This document shows positions 40,030 through 52,121 of a DNA stretch of 64,000 nucleotides, one piece after another. This DNA comes from Selaginella moellendorffii (Eukaryota > Plantae > Lycopodiophyta). The notes beneath the pieces are model-generated. The model saw only the letters and a program-made list of their open reading frames with translations, was not told the origin of the DNA and did no database searches. The first letter of the stretch is position 1. Every line of letters begins with the position of its first letter. The stretch covers positions 1,242,150 through 1,306,149 of the forward strand of contig NW_003314269.1 in NCBI RefSeq assembly GCF_000143415.4, written 5' to 3'. The translations under genes and the position numbers were made by a program.

Positions 40030-43000
40030 TGTTATGATCCGGCACAAAAAGACAAAGATCTCGTTGCCCTAGACTATGCTACACCACCTCTTGAGGTTCC
40101 TCACCACCCAACCACCCCCGAGCTACCTCAAAAGCTCCACTGCGCCACCGCGCCGCCGCTCCACTGTGAGCCCTAGGGTAGGTTAAGTCCCTTACCCTAA
40201 CATGCCTTAATATACCCTTGAGCCTCCCTTTGACTGACGTTGACCACGTAGTCAAAGCTGGCGCCTAACAATTCTTCCCCCCCAACAAAGTCCTTGTCCC
40301 AAGGACGAATTGTACCGGTGATCACCCTTTCTGGGGAATTCTGCTCAAGCTCCTGGTCCATCTTCCACAGTCGTATACATCAAGGAGGCATTGGGCCCGT
40401 CACTCCGAGATAGTACACCTTTCAACTGGCTGACATAAAATACTGGATGAATTTTCACCCCAGCTGGCAGCCGCACCCGATAAGCCGCTTTACCAATGCG
40501 CTCCAGCACTTCATATGGACCAGCATATCGATGGGAGAGTTTATCACTCTTCCCTATCCGTAAAGGCACCAAGGTGTTTCGCCGCTCACTTGACGGAAAG
40601 ATCACTCGCACGAAGACGAGATCACCCACCTTATATTCCCGGAATTGGCGATGCTCATTAGCAAACTTCTCCGCTCTATCCTGAGCTGCTTGCAAATTCC
40701 GTTTGCATACCACCAGAATCTCATCAAGTTCTGTGGCCAGATCAGTTGCCTCGGAATCAAGCTTTTCTTGAACGTCCTTACTCAAATGCAATCCCAACTC
40801 CACCGCTGTTCGAGGATGCCTTCCAAACATCGCAAAGTAAGGACTTAGCTTGGTTCCACTGTGTTGGCTATTGTTGTAAGCAAATTGCACCAACGGAAGA
40901 TATAGATCCCACTGTCCTTGCCTTTGACCAATGCTACAACGTAGCATATCCTCCACCACCTGATTCACACGCTCAGTTTGCCCATCCGTCTGAGGATGAT
41001 CTCCACTCGAGAGTTTCAAAGTCACTTGCATAGCCTTTGCAAAACTTTTCCAAAATCCACTGGTGAACTTTGAATCTCGATCACTAATGATGTCCTCCGG
41101 CAAACCAAAATCAGGAAAAACCTTCTCCAAGTAAACCGCAGCCAAGTCTGAGGCAGTGACAGTCTTCCGAAGAGCCAACAACCGCACATACTTCGTCAAC
41201 CGATCTACTATGACCCATACTTGCTCCTTTTGCCTCTGTGTTCGTGGCAAACAAGTGATGAAGTCCATAGAGATACTACACCAACAGCTCGGAGGAATAG
41301 GTAAAGGTTGCAAAAGTCCCCCCGGCTTCTCCCGTGGCACCTTAACCCGCTGACAAAGCTCGCATGATTTACAATACTTGAGGATATCAGCCTTCATATT
41401 CCTCCAATAAAAGTTGCGCTTAATCAACTCATACGTCTTCTTCCCCCCAAAATGACCGGCCTCTGGACGATCATGATAGTGGAATAAAACTTGAGTAATT
41501 AACGCATCCACCCGTGGCAAATAGACACGGCCATTGTAGTAGAAAATCCCATCCACCAATGAGAAAGGAGCTTCCATCTGGTCTCGCAAAGAGGCCACCT
41601 CAGCATCCTGAGCCTGAGCATGCTCAACCAACTGCCCAAACTCGCTGACCACCTTACTCAAATGATGACAAAATCGTGTTCGTAACATCGTCACATGACG
41701 AACACGAGATAAAGCATCTGCCACCACATTTGATTTTCCTGGACGATGCTCAATAGGAAACTCCCCAAACTCCATGAGTTTGACCATCCAACGAGCTTGC
41801 CTAGTGTTCAACTCCTTCTGTGTGAAAAGATACACAAGTGGTTTGTGATCTGTCAACACCACGAACACTGCACCATAAAGATAGTGCCGCCACGTCCGCA
41901 AAGCATGAACAATAGAGAGTAACTCTTGCTCATATGTGGAATAGCGTTGCTCCGCGGAATTCAAAGTTCGACTCTCATATGCAATAGGTTGTCCCTCTTG
42001 CATGAGAACTCCTCCCAGTGCATAACCACTCGCATCGCATGTCACCTCGTAAGGTTTCGATGGATCAGCAATGCGAAGCACTGGAGCCTCGATCAACAAT
42101 CGTTTCAGCGCCACAAAACTCTCCTCTTGTGGCGTCTTCCACTCGAATGGCACATTCTTGCGTAACAACCGCGTCAATGGAATAGCCACCTCTGCAAACT
42201 TATGCTGGAAACGTCGGTAGTAACTAGCCATACCAAGAAAACTGCGCAACTCGGCCACTGTAGTCGGTGTAAGCTAGTTTTCCACCACAGCCACCTTCCT
42301 TGGATCCGTCTTGACACCCTTAGATGTCACAATATGGCCTAGATATTCCACCTCCGACTTTGCAAATTCACATTTGCTCTTCTTCGCATAAAGTTTGCTG
42401 TCTCGAAGTAACAAAAGAACCTTGCGCAAATGCACCCTATGCTCCTCCATATTCTTGCTAAAAACAAGAATATCGTCCAAGAAAATCTCCACAAACTCAT
42501 GAAGATAACGCCCAAATACCTCCGTCATCAACCGAGTAAATGTGGCCGGTGCATTCGTCAAACCAAATGGCATAACGGTAAACTCAAAATGTCCGAAGCT
42601 TGTGTTGAATGCCGTCTTGGAGATAGATGCATCATCCATTGCAATCTGATGATATCCACTCCTCAGATCAATCTTGGTAAACACTCGTGCTTCACCAAGC
42701 TTGTCTAGGATATCATCCACACGTGGCATCGGCATCTTGTCCTTCACTGTCTTCTTGTTTAAAGCACGGTAGTCAATACACATCCGCATTGAACCGTCCT
42801 TCTTTTTCACAAGCAAGACCGGAGCACCAAACGGAGACTTACTTGGCTGAATAAATCCAAACTCAAGTAACTCCTTGACTTGCCGCTGAACTTCTTGCTC
42901 CTCCGCATAACTTAACCGAAATGGACGCCGGTAAATTGGCCGCGTCCCCGGCTCCAATGTAATCCCATGCTCCACACCTCGTAATGGAGGCAATCCATGA

Positions 43001-43253
43001 GGAAGTTCAGATGGAAAAACATCAGAAAACTCGTCAAGTACATCCCGTACTGCTGCTTCTCCCCCACACGTGCCTTGGTCCCCCAAGTCACGAACAAACA
43101 GCAAGTAACTTGAAAGTGCTTTTCCATTACGACAAGCCCGCTTCAAAGATGTAGCAGAGAGCATAACAACTGGTGGTTGAACGCCCTCGCCAAACCACAC
43201 ATCTTTAACGCCACCATACTCCAGCGAGATACGCTTAATGCTCCACTTATCTC
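40030..43253 (-). mobile_element. Gypsy family B copy B1: pol, PPT and 241-bp LTR (40030-40270); 5' part lost in the gap
   Basis: RT FLDD, RNaseH CDAS, IN HHCC/DDE/GPY, no chromodomain; PPT 40271-40283; TG..CA LTR; premature TAG at 42274. Confidence 0.92.
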
Positions 43254-43921
43254 NNNNNNNNNNNNNNNNNNNNNNNNNNNNNNNNNNNNNNNNNNNNNNN
43301 NNNNNNNNNNNNNNNNNNNNNNNNNNNNNNNNNNNNNNNNNNNNNNNNNNNNNNNNNNNNNNNNNNNNNNNNNNNNNNNNNNNNNNNNNNNNNNNNNNNN
43401 NNNNNNNNNNNNNNNNNNNNNNNNNNNNNNNNNNNNNNNNNNNNNNNNNNNNNNNNNNNNNNNNNNNNNNNNNNNNNNNNNNNNNNNNNNNNNNNNNNNN
43501 NNNNNNNNNNNNNNNNNNNNNNNNNNNNNNNNNNNNNNNNNNNNNNNNNNNNNNNNNNNNNNNNNNNNNNNNNNNNNNNNNNNNNNNNNNNNNNNNNNNN
43601 NNNNNNNNNNNNNNNNNNNNNNNNNNNNNNNNNNNNNNNNNNNNNNNNNNNNNNNNNNNNNNNNNNNNNNNNNNNNNNNNNNNNNNNNNNNNNNNNNNNN
43701 NNNNNNNNNNNNNNNNNNNNNNNNNNNNNNNNNNNNNNNNNNNNNNNNNNNNNNNNNNNNNNNNNNNNNNNNNNNNNNNNNNNNNNNNNNNNNNNNNNNN
43801 NNNNNNNNNNNNNNNNNNNNNNNNNNNNNNNNNNNNNNNNNNNNNNNNNNNNNNNNNNNNNNNNNNNNNNNNNNNNNNNNNNNNNNNNNNNNNNNNNNNN
43901 NNNNNNNNNNNNNNNNNNNNN
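43254..43921. other. Assembly gap (N run)
   Basis: 668 N. Confidence 1.
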
Positions 43922-46900
43922 TATACCATCTGCCTTGTTCCTGTTTAGACTTGTTCTTCTTTGGTTTGTTAAGTGCAAAGTAATTTTTATATAGTGTTTG
44001 ATGAACTTTCAATAGTAGTTGCATAGCCCCAAGAATGCCCTTAACTCATGTACGTTCAATGATTATTTCCATTCCTAGATTGCTTAAACTTCCTCAACAT
44101 CCACCTTAAACCCATCCTTGCCCATTACATGCCCAAGAAACTTTACCAATAACTTTGTTAAGCAAAGTTATATATGCTCTCTATAGTATATAACTTGTAT
44201 TCCCTTAGTTTCTTAAATACCTTTATTAAGTGTTCAACATGTTCTTTCAGCATCTCATTATAGATTAGGATGTTATCAATATAAATGACCACAAAATGAT
44301 CTAAATAGAGTATTAAGATGTGATTTTGTGATTTAGATTTTGTGATTAAGATGTGAACTACTAATGTCACTAGTGCATTGCATAGCCTAAAGAGCATCAT
44401 CAAGAATTCCAAATTTTTATATCTCGTCTGATAGGTTGTTTTCTCGACATTTTCCTCTGCTACCCTAATTTAGAAGTATCCTAATCTTAGGTCAATTTGC
44501 GAGAAGTATCTTGCCTTTCTCAACATATTAAAAAAATTCTCAATCCTTAGCAAAAGGTATTTAACCTTTTTTTGTATATTTGTTGAGCAACTAGTAATCT
44601 ATACATATACACATAGACCCATCTTTCATTTTCATGAATAACACCAGAGCCATATAGAGAGTTGCTCAACCTAATATACCCTTTCTCAACCAACTCTTTG
44701 AATTAGCATTTGAGTTCTTTAAGCTCTTTTTTGTTCAACCAATAAAGGGGATAAATTACTAACTTAGCACCCTCAACCAACTCAATCTTATGTTTTATTG
44801 GTTGGGTAGGGGGTAACCCCACCAGTAATTCCTTTAGCATAGTACTCGAAATTAGTCTAACACCTATTGAATCATTAAAGGCACTTCCTTTGTTATTTTA
44901 TCACTCTTTATGGCGAATAAGCACAAAAGTATTGCCTTAGTTCTTTTAGTGAGTTATCCTCTTAAGGACATTAGATTCAAATAGAAATCTTTGGCTTTAC
45001 ATTACCTTATCTTTAAATCTTGAGCCTCCACTCTAGATTGTTCTCCTTAAGCATTCACCAATACCATAAGGTTTTTATTTTGTCCATGTAAAGTTACCAT
45101 AAACCAATTAAACTAATCCATCCTAAAGATCATATCAAACCTTGCCATATCCAAAACAATGAAATCCATGTTTATTTTTCATGTCCTTACTTCAACTCTT
45201 ATTTATTAAAGTACCTCATTGGTGCTTTAGCTATCTTGAACAAACTTTATAATCATTTGTTCTCGCAGCCACTGCATCGATAGTCCAGCTTGCCCGATTA
45301 TGTTTACAGCCACAAAATTATTCTAAACATTTATGTTAATAAAGATCTTAATAAAGCTATCTTCAAACTTCCCTTGAAAGGCTAATAAATGTCGCAAATG
45401 ACTCTCTATCAAAGTTATTCGTGTGATGAGTTAGGGACTTGATCAGATATCTTAATTTAGACTTCACCCGACCTAATAACTATATTCACTTTGGCTTTTT
45501 CAAGTAGGGACATTCTTTTAAGAAGTGTTTGGCTTTATTACAATTTAAATATATGTTATTCGCCACATTGCTAGCAAACTTAGTTTACTTATCATTAGGT
45601 TTGTCCCTTTTCACTTGACTTCTGCTCTTTGGCCCTTATGAGTTATTCTGTGTTTCAATTCCTTTGCTCCTCAGCTCCATATTTAGGAGTTTAGCTCTGT
45701 CCCTTCATTTAGTGGCTTAAAGCCTTGAAACTTGGGTTCTGCTCTACTATCCTTAAAATGTGGCATGTGACACACTCTTTTAAGATTTTCATATATCTCT
45801 ATACTCTAAATTGATCTCTTAGCTCCCTTCCACAAAAAAGAAAAGAAGAAGATGGTCCTATAAAGTAAGAATGTCAAATATAAGCTTGCACAAGAACTAA
45901 CATCTCCATCCCTCTAAATATTCCATAAAAAACAAAAAACACATAAACTCTCATAATTGATTGGTGCCTCTCTTTTATAACCCCATTCACCTTAGTAGTA
46001 GAATTCCTCTCACAATTAATTACACAATTAATATGGGTGGCTCTTTAAGATTTTTATAACTCTTTAGATTCTAAATAGTTGTACATTTTGTTAAAATATT
46101 TAACTTGTCCTTTTCAAGAACACAACTAATTAAAGCTCATAATACTTTTTGTTCTCTTTTGTTAGTTTCTCCCCATATTTTTTTAGAATTCTACTTGAAG
46201 TTCGATCAAGAGCCTCCAATCTTTTTTTCTAAGAGTGTTATAAGAGAGAGCTTCCTCTACAAAATATTTAAATTAAATCCAAAATTATAATTTGGAGAAT
46301 ATATGTCATGATAAAGGTAATCAAGTAGAAAAATATATTCTTCTTAATAGTGGTGTGGGAGAAATTGAAATTCAGTGGGATCTTAATATATATATAAATC
46401 AAGAGATTCTAGTTACAGAATCTTTGTAGCAAAGAGAGGAAAGTGCATTAGTTTTGCAATCAACTATGTAAGGAGTGAAGGATGAAGTTGTTCTCTTTAG
46501 CAACAAAAATGAAAAATATCAGCTTTTAGACATAGTTATAAGCTATAAATTTTTCCATTCTAATTTGCCAATTTACCTTGTCTATTTGACCACCACTACC
46601 TTGGCTTTAATTAAGTTTCCTTAATAAAGTTCTTATCTATTGTACTAACTCTTACTTGGTCTTACTTGGTTTTAGTTATTCACTATATAAGTAGTGGAGT
46701 ATTAGCTATCCATTCACGAATTTCCAAATTCTCTCTTAATCCCCCTTTCCAAGTTAAATTAGACTTAAGGTTCGGCTACACTCCTTGCAAGCACAAGCAG
46801 CCAAACACACCAAACCTCTAAGTTTCTAACTTCCTTTGGTACACCAAGACTTGATCATGGGACCCTTTAAATCCCAAACCTTGGGTTTATTGCTTGCTTT

Positions 46901-48145
46901 AGGACCCTGAGGGGAAACACCATGCCCTAATGGCTTGGCATAGGTATTCCTACTGAGCGAGGACCAATGAGCCACATGGTACTCACATGGGGCACCACTC
47001 CACATAAGTCGGGAGCACTACTATCAGTTTCACTTTCGGAAGTCAGAGTTGCTATTGGGCACTTCCTTGGGTGGCCTCTCTAGCACCACCTAACTCCATG
47101 CTCACTCCCACCCGAGGCCCTTATATTCAGATTTGGTCTTAAACTTGACCTTGGACTTGGTCTCGGACTTGATCTCAAACCCAACCTCGGACTTGGACTT
47201 GGTCTCAGACTCGATCTCAGACTTGGTCTTGGACTCGATCTCAAATCTCAAAATCAATCTCAAACTCAGTCTCAGACTCGGTCTTGAACTTGGTCTCAAA
47301 CTTGGTCTTGAACTCAGTCTCAAAGTTAGTCATGGACTTGATTTCGGACTTGGTTGCATCTAATGAACTCTTTATCATTCTAGTCATGGTTTTGGTATCC
47401 TTTAACCTATGACACCTTAGGGAGTTAGTTTTTTACAACTCCACCACCCATAGAAAAAGTTTAATACCCACATTGAACATCTCTATTTAATCCTACAACT
47501 TGTTAACTATGTCTCTAGGGGCATCCCCTTACTTAGTGGTGTGCCTAAGTTAGCCTCTCCAACTAAGAGCCCATGACAATAGGATATAAGTGTCTTTATA
47601 CCCCTCACCTCACCTTGCCCTAGTTTAGGGTTGGGACTTGAAGCCATACTAGAGGGTTGGGACGTGAACCCAACTTTTGTATAATACGCCTATAGATTTG
47701 ACATCCCTATAAGGAGTCAGGTGTAGCTCTTTACACTTGGTCAACCTAGCTAAACCATGTTAATTAGCTTACTTTCGGTGCACTTTTGGGTCCCAACATA
47801 TGACATTACTCCACTAGATCTCACAGATTGGCTAAGTTCTCCTCTAGTTTCTATATTACTTTGCAGAGTGGAAATTCTTTCCACTTCATATAGAACTCCC
47901 TCACCTTGCATCCATGTCATTTGCTCTTGCATGCATTGAGGATGGCTTTAACTTTATATTCCTCTTCCCCTTGAATAACCTCAGGTAAAGGTTTTATTTG
48001 GTTGTTGCGAAGTGGATCCTCAAAGTATGGTTTCAGTAAGTCCATGTGGAACACACGATACATCTTTCCATCTCTCGAGGAAGTCAGAGGCAATAAGCCA
48101 CTTTACTAATTCGAGCCTGAATCTCATAAGGCCCCACGAACTTAC

Positions 48146-48655
48146 TGTAAGCAACTAAAAAGAACGACTTAAGAAACGATCTATAGAGGTTCAAATATAG
48201 AGGGAAAGGGCCCATGAATAAAAGTGCACCCCCTTTTCCAATCGGTTAAGGGTTTTGGGATATTTAGGGTTAAGCATCCTTAGGTTTAAATAGTATTGGG
48301 CTGGGTGACCTCCCGAGAAGTCCAAACTCAGGAGCCTACATTTGGTATCAGAGAGGTCTCGGGTCTGACTCTGTTAGTTGGTTAGGGGAATCACACCACA
48401 TGTTGATTGACATTTGGCTGGTCCAGTTTGCTCCCGCTGGGCTTGACCCGAGGGGTAGGTCACACCACATGTTAATTGACATCTAGCTGGTCCAGTTTGC
48501 TCCTGCTGGGCTCAACCCGAGGGGTAGGGTGTCAAAAAAGCGGGGCTCTCAGGAGAGTTGTGGATATTTAAGGTTAAACGTCCTTGGGTTTGAATAGTAC
48601 TAGGTTGGGTGACCTTCCAGGAAATCCAAACTCAAAAGCTTACATTTGGTATCAA
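48146..48655 (+). mobile_element. Cassandra TRIM, older rearranged tandem copy (LTR, PBS, internal, partial LTR, PBS)
   Basis: LTR 48146-48340 with 5S-like segment 48268-48323; PBS TGGTATCAGAG; ~68-bp internal duplication; second 5S segment 48571-48627 followed by a second TGGTATCA. Confidence 0.88.
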
Positions 48656-51600
48656 ATATCAGTTCATTTCTAGGAATACATGCATTTAACCTTTGGGTCA
48701 ACTTTTGGCTGATCTAATTTGGTAACTTTAGGTACTTGGTGTTTAACCACACTTTCTCCCCATGTTGGAATTTTACATCCTAGTGTTTCTGGTTTGCGTA
48801 TTTAGTTTACCTTTGTTGAGCCCGTTCCAAGGAATCCCTCACTAGATTCCAAATGTTGAGTGTTTCCGCTGTGAATGCCTCTATTGTGGGTAACTCTTCA
48901 TGATACTTGGCCATGCTAAGCTCCACAAGACCTTCAATAGTGATGACTTCTTATAAACTTACCCCAATACTTGAATATAGTGAGTTGTTATAGCATATTT
49001 TTGCAAGTCCTAAACCACTTACCCAATCAGTTTGGTCTTCAAAGATATAGTATTGCAAATAATCCTTCAGTTGTCTATTCACTTTTTCCATTTGTCCATT
49101 TATCAAGAAGTGTCATTGCCATTAAACTTGACTCAATACCTAATATTTATCTATGGGTGATAGGATGTGTTGAATTTCAACTTGGTGCGATACTGTTTTA
49201 GGAGAGTTCTCTAGAACCTACGAGTGAAGATATTATTTTGATCTGAGATAATTTCTTTTGGCCTTCCCCGTACTCAAACTATTGTTCGAAGGACAACTTT
49301 GCCACACCTTTGACATTTACTTCTGTTGTGGTGGTATGAAATGTGCCATCTTCGAAAACCAATCCACCACCACAAATATCGCATCAAACCCCTCACTTGG
49401 GGGGAGTCCCGTGATGAAGTTTATCATAAACATTTCCATGGATGATCTAGAATTGAGAGGCTCTGTAATAAGTCCCCCACTATCTTTAGTTATGGCTTTG
49501 ACTTACTGACATGTTGGACATATCTTTACATAATCTTGGACACTTTTAGCCATGTTTTGCTAATGATACTTTCTCTTGAGTAAACCTATCATCTTGGGCA
49601 CTCCATTATGTCCCACAAGAGGTCCATGACACTCTTCTAGGACTACCTTTCTTAGTTCCCTTTGTGGAACATACACCTTTGTCTATTTATAATAGATGAG
49701 TCCACTGTGTTCTATATAACTTATTTTCTGTTCTATAGGTGGTTCATCTCCCTAGTAAGCATCCCATGCCTCTTGGTTCCTTAGCAACACTTCTTGTCCT
49801 AGACCATCGTTCTCATATGTTATCCGAACATCATCCCAAAAGATTACTATCATGTTGGATATTGCTAATTTCAAGTTTGTTTTTCAGCATAAAGAATTTA
49901 TGTTGCTCTTCTCAGGTTTATACAAAATCTCACAATTGAACTTGGCTAAAGCATTCACCCACCAACCCTCTTTTCCTTATAGGTCGGGTTGTCACAGAAA
50001 GTGTTTTATTGTCATATTATCTATGTAAACTTTGAAGTGCTTCATAAGGTAGTGTTGCCACTCCTTGAGCACCTTGACCACTGCAATAATTCCTTTTTGT
50101 GGGCAAGCCACTTGCATTAAGCCTTGTCCAACTTCCTAAAAAAGAATGCCACTAGATGGTTGTCTTATGTATTCTGTTATTCACACCATCTTCCTTATTC
50201 CTATTTGGTCTGTTAAAGGCAAGGCTACTCTCAAATAGTGTTTGATAAACTTTTGATAGTAGTTGCATAGCCCCAAGAACACCCTTAATTCATGTATATT
50301 CAATAGTTGTTCCCATTTTTGGATCACTTAGACCTTCTCAAGATCCACTTAGAGCCCATCCTTACCCAACACAAATTTTACCTTTTATTGAGCAAAGTCA
50401 TATTTTCTCTCTTTAATATACAGCTTGTATTCCTTTAGTTTCTCAAACACCTTTGTCAAGTGTTTAGCATGCTCCTTTAGTGTTTCGCTATAGATCAAGA
50501 TGTCATTAATGTAGACGACCACGAAATGATCTAGATAGGGTACAAAGATATAGTTCATTAGTGCTGAAAATGTTATTGATGTATTGCACAGCCCAAAGGG
50601 CATCACTAGAAACTCAAAATTTTCATACCTTGTTCGACAAATTGTCTTCTTGATATCTTCTTTTACTACCTTGATCTAATAGTATCTAGATATTAGGTCA
50701 ATCCTTGGGAAGTATTTTGCCTTTCCCAAATTATCGAACAGGTTTTCAATCCTTGGTAAAGTGTATTTGTTCTTCTTCATATACTTGTTAAAAAACTAGT
50801 AGTTTATACACATGCATATAAAACCATTTTTTTTTTTCACAAATAACATTGGCACCCCATACAGTGATTTGCTCAACCTAACATACCTTTTATCCACTAA
50901 CTCCTCAAGTTGGCGATTGAGATCCTCGAGTTCCTTTTTGTCTAACTGATAAGGGGGATGAACCACTACCTTAACACCCTTAACCAGCTCGATCTTATGT
51001 TCTATTGCTACCCCGCTGGTAACTCCTTTGGCATGGAATCTCAAAATTAGTCTAACATCTGCTAGATCACTAAAGAAACTTCCTTTGTTCATATCTTTTT
51101 GTCACTCCCCATTAAGAGTAAGCACAAAAATGTTGTTTTGGTTTCTTTAGTGAATTTTCCTTTTATGGACCCCAAGTTTAAGTAGAAGTCTTTGGCTTTA
51201 CATTGCTCTATCTTTCAATCTTGGGCCTTCACCTTGGATCGTTCTCCTCGGGCATTTGTTAGTACCATAAGATTCATATCTTGTCTATGCAAATCTACTA
51301 CAAATTGATTGAACTAATACGGTGAAATATATATCCACTTTCCATATCTCTACTTTGACTCTTGCTTGTTGAAGTACTTTATCGATGCTTTGGCTACATT
51401 GAACAAACTCTATAGTCTTTAGTTCACCCAACCACTGCACCGTTAGTCTGTCTTGCTAGATTATGTGTTATGATCTGGTGCAAAAAGACAAAGATCTATG
51501 TTATGATCCGGATCAAAAAAACAGAGATTTAGTCACCCTAGATTATGCTACACCACCTCTTAAGGTTCCTCACCACCCAACCACCCCCGAGCTACCTCAA

Positions 51601-51819
51601 AAGCTCCACTGCACTGCCGCTCCACTGTGAGCCCTAGGGTAGGCTAAGTCCCTCACCCGAACATGCCTTAATATATCCTTGAGCCTCCCTTTGACCGATG
51701 TTAACCACGTGGTCAAAGTTGGTGCTTAACAATTCTTTGCTGTAAGGAACCAACTCGCCGAGGTGTCGTAGGCTAAAGGAGCCCCAAAAGCTTGACCAAA
51801 ATGATAAAGAGTTCATCGA

Positions 51820-52121
51820 ATGGGACCAAGTCTAAGATCAAGTCCAAGACTGACTCTAAGACCGAGTTCGAGATAGAGTCCGGAATCGAGTCTGAGACCG
51901 ACTCGGAGACTGAGTTCGAGACCGAGTTTGAGACCGAGTTCGAGACTGAGTTTGAGACAGAGTCCGAGATCCGAAAACGGATCCGAGACCGAGTCCGAGG
52001 TCGAGTCTGAGGTCGGGTCCGAGATCGGGTTCGAGATCAAGTCCGAGATCAAGTCCGAGACCGAATCCGAAGTCGGATCCGAGATCGAGTCCGAGATCGA
52101 GCCAGAGACCAAGTCCAAGTA
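51820..52121. repeat. Hexamer array (GAGTCC/GAGACC/GAGTTC/GAGATC) in the family A LTR; also 58830-59120 and 47125-47355
   Basis: Roughly 50 degenerate CpG-rich hexamers. Confidence 0.9.

Larger units (their letters stand above)
36100..45620 (-). mobile_element. Old degenerate Gypsy family A copy (A3), interrupted at 38117 by nested insertions
   Basis: LTR remnant ~36100-36700; IN (CYNNSPHLS); RNaseH ~37700-38116; RT (YLDHFVVIYIDNILI) ~43922-44870; protease and zinc-knuckle remnants to ~45620; collinear with A1. Confidence 0.8.

Noticed and set aside
43143-44024. Long ORFs across the N run
   Set aside because: Artefacts of the assembly gap
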